NCBI GenBank assembly: GCA_903895515.1
Contig: CAITUB010000008.1
Location: 1 to 49,923, forward strand
Length of the DNA: 49,923 nt
Reading direction: 5' to 3'
Origin: an uncultured Acidimicrobium sp.
GTDB lineage: Bacteria; Actinomycetota; Acidimicrobiia; Acidimicrobiales; Ilumatobacteraceae
How positions within the stretch are numbered: position 1 is the stretch's first letter; each line of letters starts with the position of its first letter. The notes beneath the pieces are model-generated. The model was given only the letters and a program-made list of their open reading frames with translations, made no database searches and was not told where the DNA came from. The position numbers and the translations under genes were made by a program. Positions 18,119-27,346 of this stretch are shown here, one piece after another.

Positions 18119-18145
18119 AGCAACAGCCTACGGAATAAATGCGGA

Positions 18146-18727
18146 CTACTTCAGGACGCGATTAACAATTGAGCGCACTTTTTCAATTCCTTCATTGGTA
18201 CTTGTGCTCGTCCACACCACTTCGCTTGGGTCTACTTCACAGTTTTTTGCTAGATCGCGCTTGCGTGTCTCTCGCTGCGATGGCTTTACTTTGTCCTGCT
18301 TTGTGGCAATGATCTGGAAATTCACTTCACTGGCCCGCAACTGCTCAAGCATCATGAGGTCTAAATCAGTTGGTCCAATCACTCCATCAACGAGCACCAA
18401 GATGAGGTCAAGTTCCTCTCGTTCATTCAGGTAGCCAACAATCATTTTTTCCCAGCCGCGCTTCAACTTTCCCGAAACCGCCGCATAGCCGTACCCAGGT
18501 AGGTCGACAACGGTTCCACCAGTTGGAGTTTGAAACAAATTGATGAGTTGTGTGCGACCGGGGGTATTTGACACGCGAGCCAAGCTCTTGCGATTACACA
18601 CTGCGTTCAACAATGCAGACTTCCCTACGTTCGACCTGCCAACCAACGCAATCTCTGCCTTTGATTCGGGCAACTGGTCAACATTCGTTGCCGAAAGAAC
18701 AAACGACATTTGTATCGGCTTAGTCAC
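18146..18727 (-). CDS. engB: ribosome biogenesis GTP-binding protein YihA/YsxC
   Basis: G1 GRSNVGKS, G3 DLPGYG, G4 TKQDK. 193 aa. Confidence 0.88.
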   Translation of the reverse strand: MTKPIQMSFVLSATNVDQLPESKAEIALVGRSNVGKSALLNAVCNRKSLARVSNTPGRTQLINLFQTPTGGTVVDLPGYGYAAVSGKLKRGWEKMIVGYLNEREELDLILVLVDGVIGPTDLDLMMLEQLRASEVNFQIIATKQDKVKPSQRETRKRDLAKNCEVDPSEVVWTSTSTNEGIEKVRSIVNRVLK

Positions 18728-18728
18728 A

Positions 18729-18752
18729 GCGCAAGGCTACGAGCCATTGCGC
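18729..18752. repeat. imperfect inverted repeat in the 39-nt engB / oxidoreductase divergent spacer
   Basis: gcgcaaggct acg agccattgcgc: a 10-bp stem with one bulged base and a 3-nt loop. Confidence 0.4.
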
Positions 18753-18766
18753 CCTAAAGTGGCGAC

Positions 18767-19843
18767 ATGGTTACGCGCATTGGTGTGATTGGTACGGGAA
18801 TGATGGGTTGCGAGCACATTCGCAATGTGAACGCCAATCCGACCGCCATCATCACTGCAATTTCAGACCCTCATGAAGAGCCTCTCGAATGGGCAAGGAA
18901 GGCGCTCGGCGCTGACAACTCAGTTGCTGAGTTTCGCGATCACCGTGAATTACTGAACTCAGGAGAAATTGATGCGGTAGTCGTTGCTTCTCCTAATTTC
19001 ACGCATCATTCTTTGCTGCTCGACATCTTGCGCACCGATATTCCCGTACTGGTGGAAAAGCCCATGTGCACAACCGTTGAACACTGCCAAGACGTAGTTG
19101 CACTCGCCCAGCAGCGCAGTGCGCTCACATGGGTTGGCCTTGAATACCGATACATGACGCCCATTGCGCGCTTGCTCGACGTGGTGGATTCAGGAGAACT
19201 TGGTGATGTGAAAATGCTCAGTATTCGCGAACACCGCTTCCCGTTCTTAAAAAAGGTCAACAACTGGAATCGTTTTTCACGAAATACAGGCGGAACATTG
19301 GTCGAAAAATGTTGTCACTTCTTCGACCTCATGAACCTGATTGCACAATCCCCTCCCGTACGCGTGATGGCAAGTGGATCACAAGACGTAAACCATCTTG
19401 ACGAGTTTTACGACGGCGAGCGCTCAGACATTTTGGATAACGCATACGTGATTGTGGAGTTTGAAAACTCCATGCGCGCAATGCTCGACCTCAGCATGTT
19501 TGCTGAAGCTGGAAGAAACGAGCAAGAAATTGCTGTTGTTGGCAGTCATGGAAAAGCCGAAGCGCATATTCCTGGACCAGGACATATTTATGTTGGAAAC
19601 AGGTCAAGCCGGGAAATTCGAAAAATTGATGCAACGATGAGTAGTGATGTGGCATATGCCGGTGCTCACTTCGGCGCAAGTTACGTAGAAATAGACAAGT
19701 TTGTTCACGCGGTTAGTGCACAGGGCACAGCCGACGTAACGGTAAACGACGGATTGTGGTCAGTGGTTCTTGGAGTTGCAGCACACCGTGCAATTGAAGA
19801 ACGACGCGTTGTCGAGATTGCCGAATTCAATCTTCGAACGTAA
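18767..19843 (+). CDS. Gfo/Idh/MocA family oxidoreductase
   Basis: IGVIGTGMMG Rossmann motif, VLVEKPM motif. 358 aa. Confidence 0.85.
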   Translation: MVTRIGVIGTGMMGCEHIRNVNANPTAIITAISDPHEEPLEWARKALGADNSVAEFRDHRELLNSGEIDAVVVASPNFTHHSLLLDILRTDIPVLVEKPMCTTVEHCQDVVALAQQRSALTWVGLEYRYMTPIARLLDVVDSGELGDVKMLSIREHRFPFLKKVNNWNRFSRNTGGTLVEKCCHFFDLMNLIAQSPPVRVMASGSQDVNHLDEFYDGERSDILDNAYVIVEFENSMRAMLDLSMFAEAGRNEQEIAVVGSHGKAEAHIPGPGHIYVGNRSSREIRKIDATMSSDVAYAGAHFGASYVEIDKFVHAVSAQGTADVTVNDGLWSVVLGVAAHRAIEERRVVEIAEFNLRT

Positions 19844-21317
19844 CTTTGGATCCAGCAGAAATCATTTGTGCACTAGTTGGTTTGCGGTAAATCAAAATCA
19901 TCAAAATTCCTGCAGCTAGATACACGACTCCATTGATCGTCCATGCAGTGTGATACGCCGAGAGGTCAAGTTTTGCTGTTTCCGACGTCCAATTCAATGG
20001 TGAACCAGATGCCGCGGCTTCCTTTGCACGCATGCCAAGCAAGTAAATCTGCTTAAACGCAGGAGCCGCAACGGTAAGTGCGATTGCTGAACCGAGCGCT
20101 GTACCAATTTGGCGAGTCGTCGTATTTAACGCAGATCCCATTGCGAACTCAGATGGTGGCAAAAATGCGGTTGCTGAACTCGACAGCGTCGAAATAGACA
20201 GTCCAACTCCCATGCCCGTGACCAGCATCCAAGGCAGGTAATGCATTACATAATTTGGGTCTGTCGTCATGAAATGCGCCAGCATGAACGTTCCGAAACT
20301 GAGCATCACCGCTCCCACAAATAACACACGCGCGTGGCCAAGTTTCATTGCATATTTGCCTGCAAAAGGGGCAATAAACGCCGCCATTGCTGGGCCTGGA
20401 AATGTTGCAAGGCCAGAACGCACCACGCTGTAGTGCCACACCTGCTGCAACCAAGTGGTGTTCAGAAGCCACATGCCAATGAAGCCGACACTGAACAACA
20501 CACCAGACAAATTGGAAGCAACAACAAACGGAAGTTTGAACAACGAAAGATCAAGAAGTGGACTCTCCACTGTTTGACAACGACGAATAAACCCGCCGAT
20601 CAACATCAGCCCGAGTGCAAACACAATTCCCGTTCGCTTATCTACAAATCCCCATTCTTCACTTTGGGAAATGGCAAGAACAACAAGTGCCACTCCCGAG
20701 AAACCAAACAACACACTCGGGTAATCCACTTTGCGCTGCGCATTTGCATCTTTGCTTTCATGCAAAATTCTGCGACCCATAATCACCGTAAAAATACAGA
20801 ATGGAACGTTGACAAAGAACAGTGATCGCCAGCCCCACCAATCCACGAGCACGCCACCAGCAGATGGTCCAATTGCTGCCGCAAGTCCACCGACAGAACC
20901 CCAAATAGCAATCGCTTGTGTTCGTTTTTCAACGGGAAACTCTGGCAACACCAATGCAATGGAGGCTGGTGTGAGCTGTGCTCCACCAATTGCTTGAATG
21001 ACTCGCGCAAGAACCAGCATTAACGCTGACGGAGCTATTCCGCACAGCACCGATCCAATACTGAAAATGGTGAGGCCGCGCAAGAATGCGCGCTTACGAC
21101 CAAACACATCTGCAAAGCGACCTGCTGTTAACAAGCCTGCGGCGTACGCAATGGAATATGCCGAAAACACCCAAGCCAGAATGTTGGCTTGATCGTGACC
21201 AAAGGTCTCCTCAATTTTTCCGCGAGCAACAACCACAATGCTCAGGTCAAGAGACACAAGAAATGTTGCAATTGCGGTCAAGCTCAACACCCGATATGCG
21301 CGAGACATTTTCGCCAT
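19827..21317 (-). CDS. MFS transporter, DHA2 family
   Basis: About 14 TM helices. The start MAKMSRAY at 21317 immediately follows the stop of the upstream yjdM-like gene. The track start at 21383 overlaps that gene. Confidence 0.82.
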   Translation of the reverse strand: MAKMSRAYRVLSLTAIATFLVSLDLSIVVVARGKIEETFGHDQANILAWVFSAYSIAYAAGLLTAGRFADVFGRKRAFLRGLTIFSIGSVLCGIAPSALMLVLARVIQAIGGAQLTPASIALVLPEFPVEKRTQAIAIWGSVGGLAAAIGPSAGGVLVDWWGWRSLFFVNVPFCIFTVIMGRRILHESKDANAQRKVDYPSVLFGFSGVALVVLAISQSEEWGFVDKRTGIVFALGLMLIGGFIRRCQTVESPLLDLSLFKLPFVVASNLSGVLFSVGFIGMWLLNTTWLQQVWHYSVVRSGLATFPGPAMAAFIAPFAGKYAMKLGHARVLFVGAVMLSFGTFMLAHFMTTDPNYVMHYLPWMLVTGMGVGLSISTLSSSATAFLPPSEFAMGSALNTTTRQIGTALGSAIALTVAAPAFKQIYLLGMRAKEAAASGSPLNWTSETAKLDLSAYHTAWTINGVVYLAAGILMILIYRKPTSAQMISAGSKVTFED

Positions 21318-21319
21318 GA

Positions 21320-21676
21320 CTACATCACCTTTCGAACAACACTTGACTTTAAATACATGGCACCAAAACCATCGATCTTGCAATCAATATCATGGTCCCC
21401 GTTGTCGCGCACCAAACGAATGTTGCGCACTTTTGTTCCCACTTTGATGGAGGTTGGTCGCCCCTTCACCTTCAAGTCTTTCACCACTTGCACAGAGTCG
21501 CCATCTTGCAGAATATTTCCTGCTGTGTCTCGAATTTCAGATGGGCCGACATTTTCTGTGTCTTCAGCAGCAACACTCACCGACCATTCATGCGCGCATT
21601 CTGGGCACGCAAACATTTCACCGAGTTCGTAGGTGTATTCGCACGAACATTGTGGGCATGGCGGCAATGTGGTCAC
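21320..21676 (-). CDS. yjdM: zinc-ribbon protein YjdM/PhnA family
   Basis: CPQCSCEYTYELGEMFACPECAHEW zinc ribbon plus a C-terminal KVKG...IDCKIDGFGAMYLKS domain. 118 aa. Confidence 0.85.
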   Translation of the reverse strand: MTTLPPCPQCSCEYTYELGEMFACPECAHEWSVSVAAEDTENVGPSEIRDTAGNILQDGDSVQVVKDLKVKGRPTSIKVGTKVRNIRLVRDNGDHDIDCKIDGFGAMYLKSSVVRKVM

Positions 21677-21696
21677 AGACCACAGTACCCCGATAT

Positions 21697-22155
21697 CTAT
21701 TGGGCAATTGTGCTGAAGTCTTCCGAACGAGGCAACGACAGTATCGCTTTCATCAGGTTTTCGGGAGGGGCGATCATTTTGCGCGTCGCCAAATCAAAAA
21801 ATGCAACAAGGCTCGAAATCTTGCACGCAAGTTTTCCATTTTCCTTGATGAACTGATTGCGAAAGATAAACCGCGTGTTGTCTTCACTGATGCCAGCAAG
21901 TTCATTCGTCACTGTCAGATCTTCGGCTAAACGGACTTCTCGCTTGTATTCAATTTCATCTTTGAGTACAACAGGTCCAAGCCCAGCGCCAAAAAACTCC
22001 GTGAGTGTGTAACCATTGGCATTGAAAAACTCCATCCGCGAATTTGCAGAAATATCAAGGTACGCCACATTGCGCATATGTCCATTGGAGTCAATCTCGC
22101 CCCAGCGGGAGCGAATATGAATTTCAGAGCGATCGTCAGCTGCCATGACTACCAA
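21697..22155 (-). CDS. hotdog-fold acyl-CoA thioesterase (4HBT/YbgC-like)
   Basis: RWGEIDSNGHMRNVAYLD motif. 152 aa. Confidence 0.7.
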   Translation of the reverse strand: MVVMAADDRSEIHIRSRWGEIDSNGHMRNVAYLDISANSRMEFFNANGYTLTEFFGAGLGPVVLKDEIEYKREVRLAEDLTVTNELAGISEDNTRFIFRNQFIKENGKLACKISSLVAFFDLATRKMIAPPENLMKAILSLPRSEDFSTIAQ

Positions 22156-22161
22156 GGCTAG

Positions 22162-24372
22162 TCACAACTCAATTCTCTCCTGAACGTGAAATAGAGCAGA
22201 CAACGATTCTGGATCACCTGAGAATTGTCCAATTTCACAATTCCATGTTCCACCTTCTACAAACCAACTGTGACTCTGCACATCTCGTGTTGCCAAGCGC
22301 TGGAGTGGAACTTCACATTCAACTTGCACGGTTTCTCCAGCAGCAACGTCAACTCGCTTAAATGCAACGAGTCTGCGTAGTGGTCGCTCAATTGTCGACT
22401 CGTTACGACCTACGTACACCTGCACCACTGTGGCGCCATTACGCGCTCCCGTATTGCGCACTGCACAACGAACCTTCACTACTTCTGCAATTTCAACACT
22501 TGCGTCTACATACGAAAAGGTGGTGTAACTGCAGCCGAACCCAAACGGAAACATCGCCTTGTTTCCATCGCGATCAAGTTTCCATTGTCCGTGCCAGTAG
22601 TCGTACGTAATTGCTTTGGCATTGCGGTCAAAGAACGGAAGATGCGATTCGTCGTGCGGAATGACGAAAGGCAAATGTCCAGACGGATTCACCACGCCAG
22701 CCAACACATTGGCAAGCGCTCGGCCACCGTTGCTACCGCTGTACCAACCCATCAGAACAGCAGGCACTTCATGTATCCATTCCGACATGACTACTGCGCT
22801 ACCTGCGACAATCACCACGATGGTTCGGGGTTGCACTTGGGCAATGGAATGAATCAATTGAACATCGGCATCCATTAGTCGCAATGACTCTCGATCGCCA
22901 CCAATGGAGAACGTGCCGTTACGCGACTTGATGCGCAATTCATCTGGTGCGTAATGATGATTTTCGTGCATGTACTTTTCGTATTCACGCGCCAATTCCG
23001 GGTCATCTTGTCGTGGAATGAGTGAAAGCATTGGGGCAGTATCTTCCGAATCACCAATGAATTCACCCTCTTCTTCCTTGGTGTAGCCAACAACGATGAT
23101 GGCCACATCAGATTGTTTTGCTTGCGCAACTTGAGCAGCGAGCATTTCCTCAGGATTGTGCACAACCTTGCAATCGGCAAAGTGCTCAGTGATGCCTTGT
23201 AGTGGAGTTACAACATTTGGCGCCATCACATCACTGCTTCCGCCATCACCAATGTTGCGCACTCCGGCAAGTCGTCCGAACACACCAATGGTCGATCCAG
23301 CAGCAAGATTCAGTGGAAGTAATGCCGAACCTTTAACGTCATCATTTTTCAACAGCACCATGGACTTTTCTGCAACTTCTTGACTCAGTGCAAGATGCTC
23401 TTCGCACAACACCACCGAACGATCATTCACTGGCAATTGACCAACGCCGAATTTCAACATGGTGGTCAGCGTGCGAGTGACAGCACTTCCAACAAGTTCC
23501 TCAGTGATTAATCCTTCAGCAAGAGCAGATGTAATTGGTGCATTGCGAATCATGCGATATGGCATTTCAACATCCAGCCCTGCTTGCAAACTCTTCACAC
23601 CATCGCGCAGTCCAAAGATCCAGTCCGAAATAACAAAGCCGGCAAAGCCCCATTCATCGCGCAAGATGTCGGAAATTAATGCGTTGTTCTCGCCACACCA
23701 TTCGCCATTCACCGAGTTGTATGCGGTCATTACGCAGGCAACGCCTTCATCGATAATGCGCTTGAAATGAGGGAGATAGACCTCATGCAATGCCCGCTCA
23801 TCAATACTTACGTCAACCCCGAACCTGGCGTTTTCCATTGAGTTCAATGCGAAGTGCTTAAGCGTTGCCATGACGTGACGTTGCGCTCCACTTGTGAGAC
23901 TTGCACCCATTTCGCCAACATGGTGCGGGTCTTCGCCGTACGTTTCCTGTGCTCGCCCCCAAGCTGGGTGTCGCAGCAGGTTGACGCAAATGCCGCCATA
24001 CAAGTCTGCGCCAACTGCTCGCAATTCTTTGCCAATGGCATCGCCAACACGCACTTCTAACTCAGGGTCGAAGGTTGCTCCGCGCGCCATTGAGACTGGG
24101 AAGGCTGTTGCTTCGCCAACAACAACACCGCGTGGTCCATCGGAGAAATGAAACCCTGGAATTCCTAGTCGCTCAACTCGGGCACCTCTAAATGGACGAC
24201 TGTGATACCCACCTGTTGTGATGTCGCCAACACCAATCCAAAACGGAACTCCGCCATCGAGACAATGCACCTTTTCATCAAGCGTCATGTGAGCAACAAG
24301 GTCTCGAGCGGCAACTTGAGGAAGTGTTCCACTTGCGACTTTGGCAAGCGCTTGCTCGTATGCAGAGTCCAC
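22162..24372 (-). CDS. glycoside hydrolase family 3 (beta-glucosidase-like)
   Basis: LKHFALNS, GFVISDW nucleophile region and a C-terminal Fn3-like domain. 736 aa, no signal peptide seen. Confidence 0.85.
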   Translation of the reverse strand: MDSAYEQALAKVASGTLPQVAARDLVAHMTLDEKVHCLDGGVPFWIGVGDITTGGYHSRPFRGARVERLGIPGFHFSDGPRGVVVGEATAFPVSMARGATFDPELEVRVGDAIGKELRAVGADLYGGICVNLLRHPAWGRAQETYGEDPHHVGEMGASLTSGAQRHVMATLKHFALNSMENARFGVDVSIDERALHEVYLPHFKRIIDEGVACVMTAYNSVNGEWCGENNALISDILRDEWGFAGFVISDWIFGLRDGVKSLQAGLDVEMPYRMIRNAPITSALAEGLITEELVGSAVTRTLTTMLKFGVGQLPVNDRSVVLCEEHLALSQEVAEKSMVLLKNDDVKGSALLPLNLAAGSTIGVFGRLAGVRNIGDGGSSDVMAPNVVTPLQGITEHFADCKVVHNPEEMLAAQVAQAKQSDVAIIVVGYTKEEEGEFIGDSEDTAPMLSLIPRQDDPELAREYEKYMHENHHYAPDELRIKSRNGTFSIGGDRESLRLMDADVQLIHSIAQVQPRTIVVIVAGSAVVMSEWIHEVPAVLMGWYSGSNGGRALANVLAGVVNPSGHLPFVIPHDESHLPFFDRNAKAITYDYWHGQWKLDRDGNKAMFPFGFGCSYTTFSYVDASVEIAEVVKVRCAVRNTGARNGATVVQVYVGRNESTIERPLRRLVAFKRVDVAAGETVQVECEVPLQRLATRDVQSHSWFVEGGTWNCEIGQFSGDPESLSALFHVQERIEL

Positions 24373-24383
24373 TTAATTAGCGT

Positions 24384-25340
24384 ATGTCAAACAACAGTTT
24401 CGCTCGGACTCGGAGCGAAACTGATCTGGCAGAATGGCTAGCGATGAAGATTTCAATTGATTCAGGAATTCGGTTGTGGTGCGATATTGACGGCGTTGGT
24501 CTCATCCCCAATGGCGACTCCATGCGTGCAAAGCCAACGCTGTTACTCATGCATGGTGGACCCGGTAGCGACCACTCGGCTTTCAAACCTGCCTTCGATG
24601 CAATGACCGATGTTTGTCAGGTGGTGTACTACGACCATCGCGGGCAAGGTCGCAGCGATAAGAGCACACCGGACAATTGGAACCTCAGCCGATGGGCCGA
24701 CGATGCCGTTGAACTGTGCAACGCATTAGGAATTGAGAAGCCATTCGTTCTTGGAAATTCGTTTGGTGGGTTTGTTGCTCAACGCATGGCAAGTCGGCAT
24801 CCAGGGTTTGCTCAGGCATACATTTTCAATAGCACTCGTTCCGATAACGATCGCAGCGCGATGTACGTGATGTTTCAAAAACTTGGCGGGCAAGAAGCAC
24901 ACGATGCTGCGCGAACATTTTGGGAAGCGCCAAGCGAAGAGGCCATGGCAAAAGCAGCTATGCAGTACCTCAAGATATGTGGACCGCTGTACACGCAAAG
25001 CCGTATGAATCCATTTGAAGGAAATCGTGCCGTGCGCAGTACTGACGTACTTACTCATTACAACCAAAACGAAGGACCAGCGCTTAACTTGCTCCCTGAG
25101 TTGGCAAAGGTGCAAGATCCAGTTTTAGTAATCACCGGCGAAATGGACCCAGTGACCCCAGCAAGCGATGCCGAGTTGACAGTGAGAGCACTGCCCCAAC
25201 ACCTAGTGCAGTTTGAACGCTTTGCGAACTCCGGTCACGGTGTGTACCGCGACGAACCAGAACGTTATTTCGAAGTACTCAAAGCGTTTGTTAACGCACA
25301 CTCATCTGGTTTACCTGCTGCCAAAGTGATTGACGGTTAA
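24384..25340 (+). CDS. alpha/beta hydrolase, proline iminopeptidase-like (S33)
   Basis: LLMHGGPGSDH, nucleophile elbow GNSFGG, C-terminal SGHGV. Confidence 0.78.
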   Translation: MSNNSFARTRSETDLAEWLAMKISIDSGIRLWCDIDGVGLIPNGDSMRAKPTLLLMHGGPGSDHSAFKPAFDAMTDVCQVVYYDHRGQGRSDKSTPDNWNLSRWADDAVELCNALGIEKPFVLGNSFGGFVAQRMASRHPGFAQAYIFNSTRSDNDRSAMYVMFQKLGGQEAHDAARTFWEAPSEEAMAKAAMQYLKICGPLYTQSRMNPFEGNRAVRSTDVLTHYNQNEGPALNLLPELAKVQDPVLVITGEMDPVTPASDAELTVRALPQHLVQFERFANSGHGVYRDEPERYFEVLKAFVNAHSSGLPAAKVIDG

Positions 25341-26246
25341 CTTCCGTATCAAGTTTTCTTGATTGTGGAGTTTTGTGCGTTGGACGAACTTCACGATCAG
25401 ACCAAAAGGTACCGCTTGCTTTCGACAACGGATTCACCGCCGCGAGCCAAGCAATGGTGTCAGCGCCTTCACTGGCTGACCGGAGAATTGGCGCTGTTAC
25501 TCGTCGAAATCCGGGAATGCTTTCTTGCACTCCTGGCGTATCTGCCCATCCTGGGTGCATTGAAACGAACTCGGTTTGGGGTTCGCGCGTTGCCCACATT
25601 TCAGTCAGCGTTACTTGTGCTCGTTTAGCAATTGCGTACTGTTTTGATCCGCCATATTTATGAACGGGCATCTCGAGAGTTTCACCATTGTTGAAAGCTG
25701 GAAGCCCACTGGAATACATGCCGCCTGACGACACCGTAACCACTCGACCTCCATCCATCAGTGGAAGAAGCAATGTGGTCATAAGAAATGGACCAACTAC
25801 GTGAGATGCAATTGTTTGTTCAATTCCTTGTGGCGATACCTGACGAGTATTGAGTAATGCACCTGCATTATGATTCACACATCTATATGAGTGCTTTGTT
25901 GGTGTATCGCTGCACATGCACTGCGAACCGATTCCAAATCTCCCATCTCTGCGCGCACGAATACCGGTGTATTTCCCGTGCACAGCGGCGTAATTTCATC
26001 AATGACGCGTGCACATTTTTCTTCGTTTCGTGCCACTAAGACCAAGTTTGCGCCCGTTGGCGCGAGTTGTCGAGCGACCTCTTTTCCTAGCCCTGAAGTT
26101 GGGCCAGTAATGACGACAGTTTTCCCTCGCAGATCAAAACCCGAAATTGGCTGCCAATTCCCCATTCGCTTACGAATCGCATAACCAATTTTGGAGAACC
26201 CTGGCACCACTGCAGCGTCGAGCGCATTGCTGAGAAAAGTGTTCAC
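25291..26246 (-). pseudogene. SDR family oxidoreductase interrupted by a frameshift (or a sequencing error)
   Basis: The N-terminal ORF 25875..26246 has the VVITGPTSGLGKE Rossmann motif and ends ...THIDV-stop. The next frame continues VNHNAGAL...SSGGMY...YAIAK down to 25291. The frames switch inside tgtgtg (plus strand cacaca, 25876-25881). Confidence 0.7.
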
Positions 26247-26311
26247 AGGCGCAGGTTAGAACCAAATTGATAATTCCTGACTACCAAGGTGGCACTACGA
26301 TAATCACCACT

Positions 26312-27337
26312 ATGCGCGCACTATTTAAGCCATCCGCGGCACCTGGTCTGGAAATGATCGAGTGCGCTGAACCAAATCCCGGTCCAAACGACGTCAAGAT
26401 CCGTGTTGAAAAAACCGGCATCTGTGGCACCGACCTCCATATTGAGTCGTGGGATGCATGGGCCGCATCAGCAGTAAATGCACCGCTCATCATTGGTCAT
26501 GAATTCTCTGGTCGCATTGTGGAGTTGGGTTCAGAAGTGACATCACTCGAAGTTGGTGCGCTGGTGTCGGGTGAAGGACACATCATTTGTGGAACGTGCC
26601 GCAACTGCCGTGCTGGTCGACGACACATGTGTAAGAACACTTCAAGTGTTGGAGTGAACCGCAATGGTGCATTCGCCGAATACGTGGTTATTCCTGCAAG
26701 CAATGTGTGGGTTCACTCTGCAGCAGTCGACGCCGAACTTGGTGCGATCTTCGATCCGTTCGGAAACGCAGTGCACACCGCACTCACCTTTCCCGTTGCC
26801 GGTGAAGACGTATTAATTACTGGAGCAGGGCCGATTGGACTCATGGCTGCCAAAGTGGCGCGACACGTTGGTGCGCGCTATGTGGTCATTAGCGATATCA
26901 ATGAATCGCGTTTGGAACTTGCTCGCTCAATGGGCGTTGACATTGCAGTGAATCCAATGACTTCTTCAATTGCCGCAACACAGAAAACTCTGGGCATGAA
27001 AGAAGGCTTTGACGTTGCACTCGAGATGAGTGGAGCTCCGACTGCGCTTCCAGACATTTTGGACAACCTCAGCCACGGCGGTCGCATTGCCGTGCTTGGA
27101 TTGCCAAGCAAAGAAATCTCCATCAACTGGGCGAAGCTGGTCACTCACATGATCACCATTAAGGGCATTTACGGCCGCGAAATGTATGAGACGTGGTACG
27201 CAATGAATTCACTGATTCAAACTGGCCTCGACATTCGCGACGTGATCACCGATCGCTTTCCTGCAAACGAGTGGGACAAAGCATTCGCTGCAGCACGTTC
27301 ATCAAATGCTGGCAAAGTAATCATGGATTGGTCATAA
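26312..27337 (+). CDS. tdh: L-threonine 3-dehydrogenase
   Basis: MRALFK... GICGTDLHI, GHEFSG, and the CGTCRNCRAGRRHMC structural zinc site. 341 aa from the ATG at 26312. It sits directly upstream of kbl. Confidence 0.88.
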   Translation: MRALFKPSAAPGLEMIECAEPNPGPNDVKIRVEKTGICGTDLHIESWDAWAASAVNAPLIIGHEFSGRIVELGSEVTSLEVGALVSGEGHIICGTCRNCRAGRRHMCKNTSSVGVNRNGAFAEYVVIPASNVWVHSAAVDAELGAIFDPFGNAVHTALTFPVAGEDVLITGAGPIGLMAAKVARHVGARYVVISDINESRLELARSMGVDIAVNPMTSSIAATQKTLGMKEGFDVALEMSGAPTALPDILDNLSHGGRIAVLGLPSKEISINWAKLVTHMITIKGIYGREMYETWYAMNSLIQTGLDIRDVITDRFPANEWDKAFAAARSSNAGKVIMDWS

Positions 27338-27346
27338 GGCAGAGTC

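Noticed and set aside
20334-20825. 163-aa antisense ORF inside the DHA2 MFS gene
   Set aside because: Shadow ORF with Lys/His/Cys-rich, low-complexity translation.
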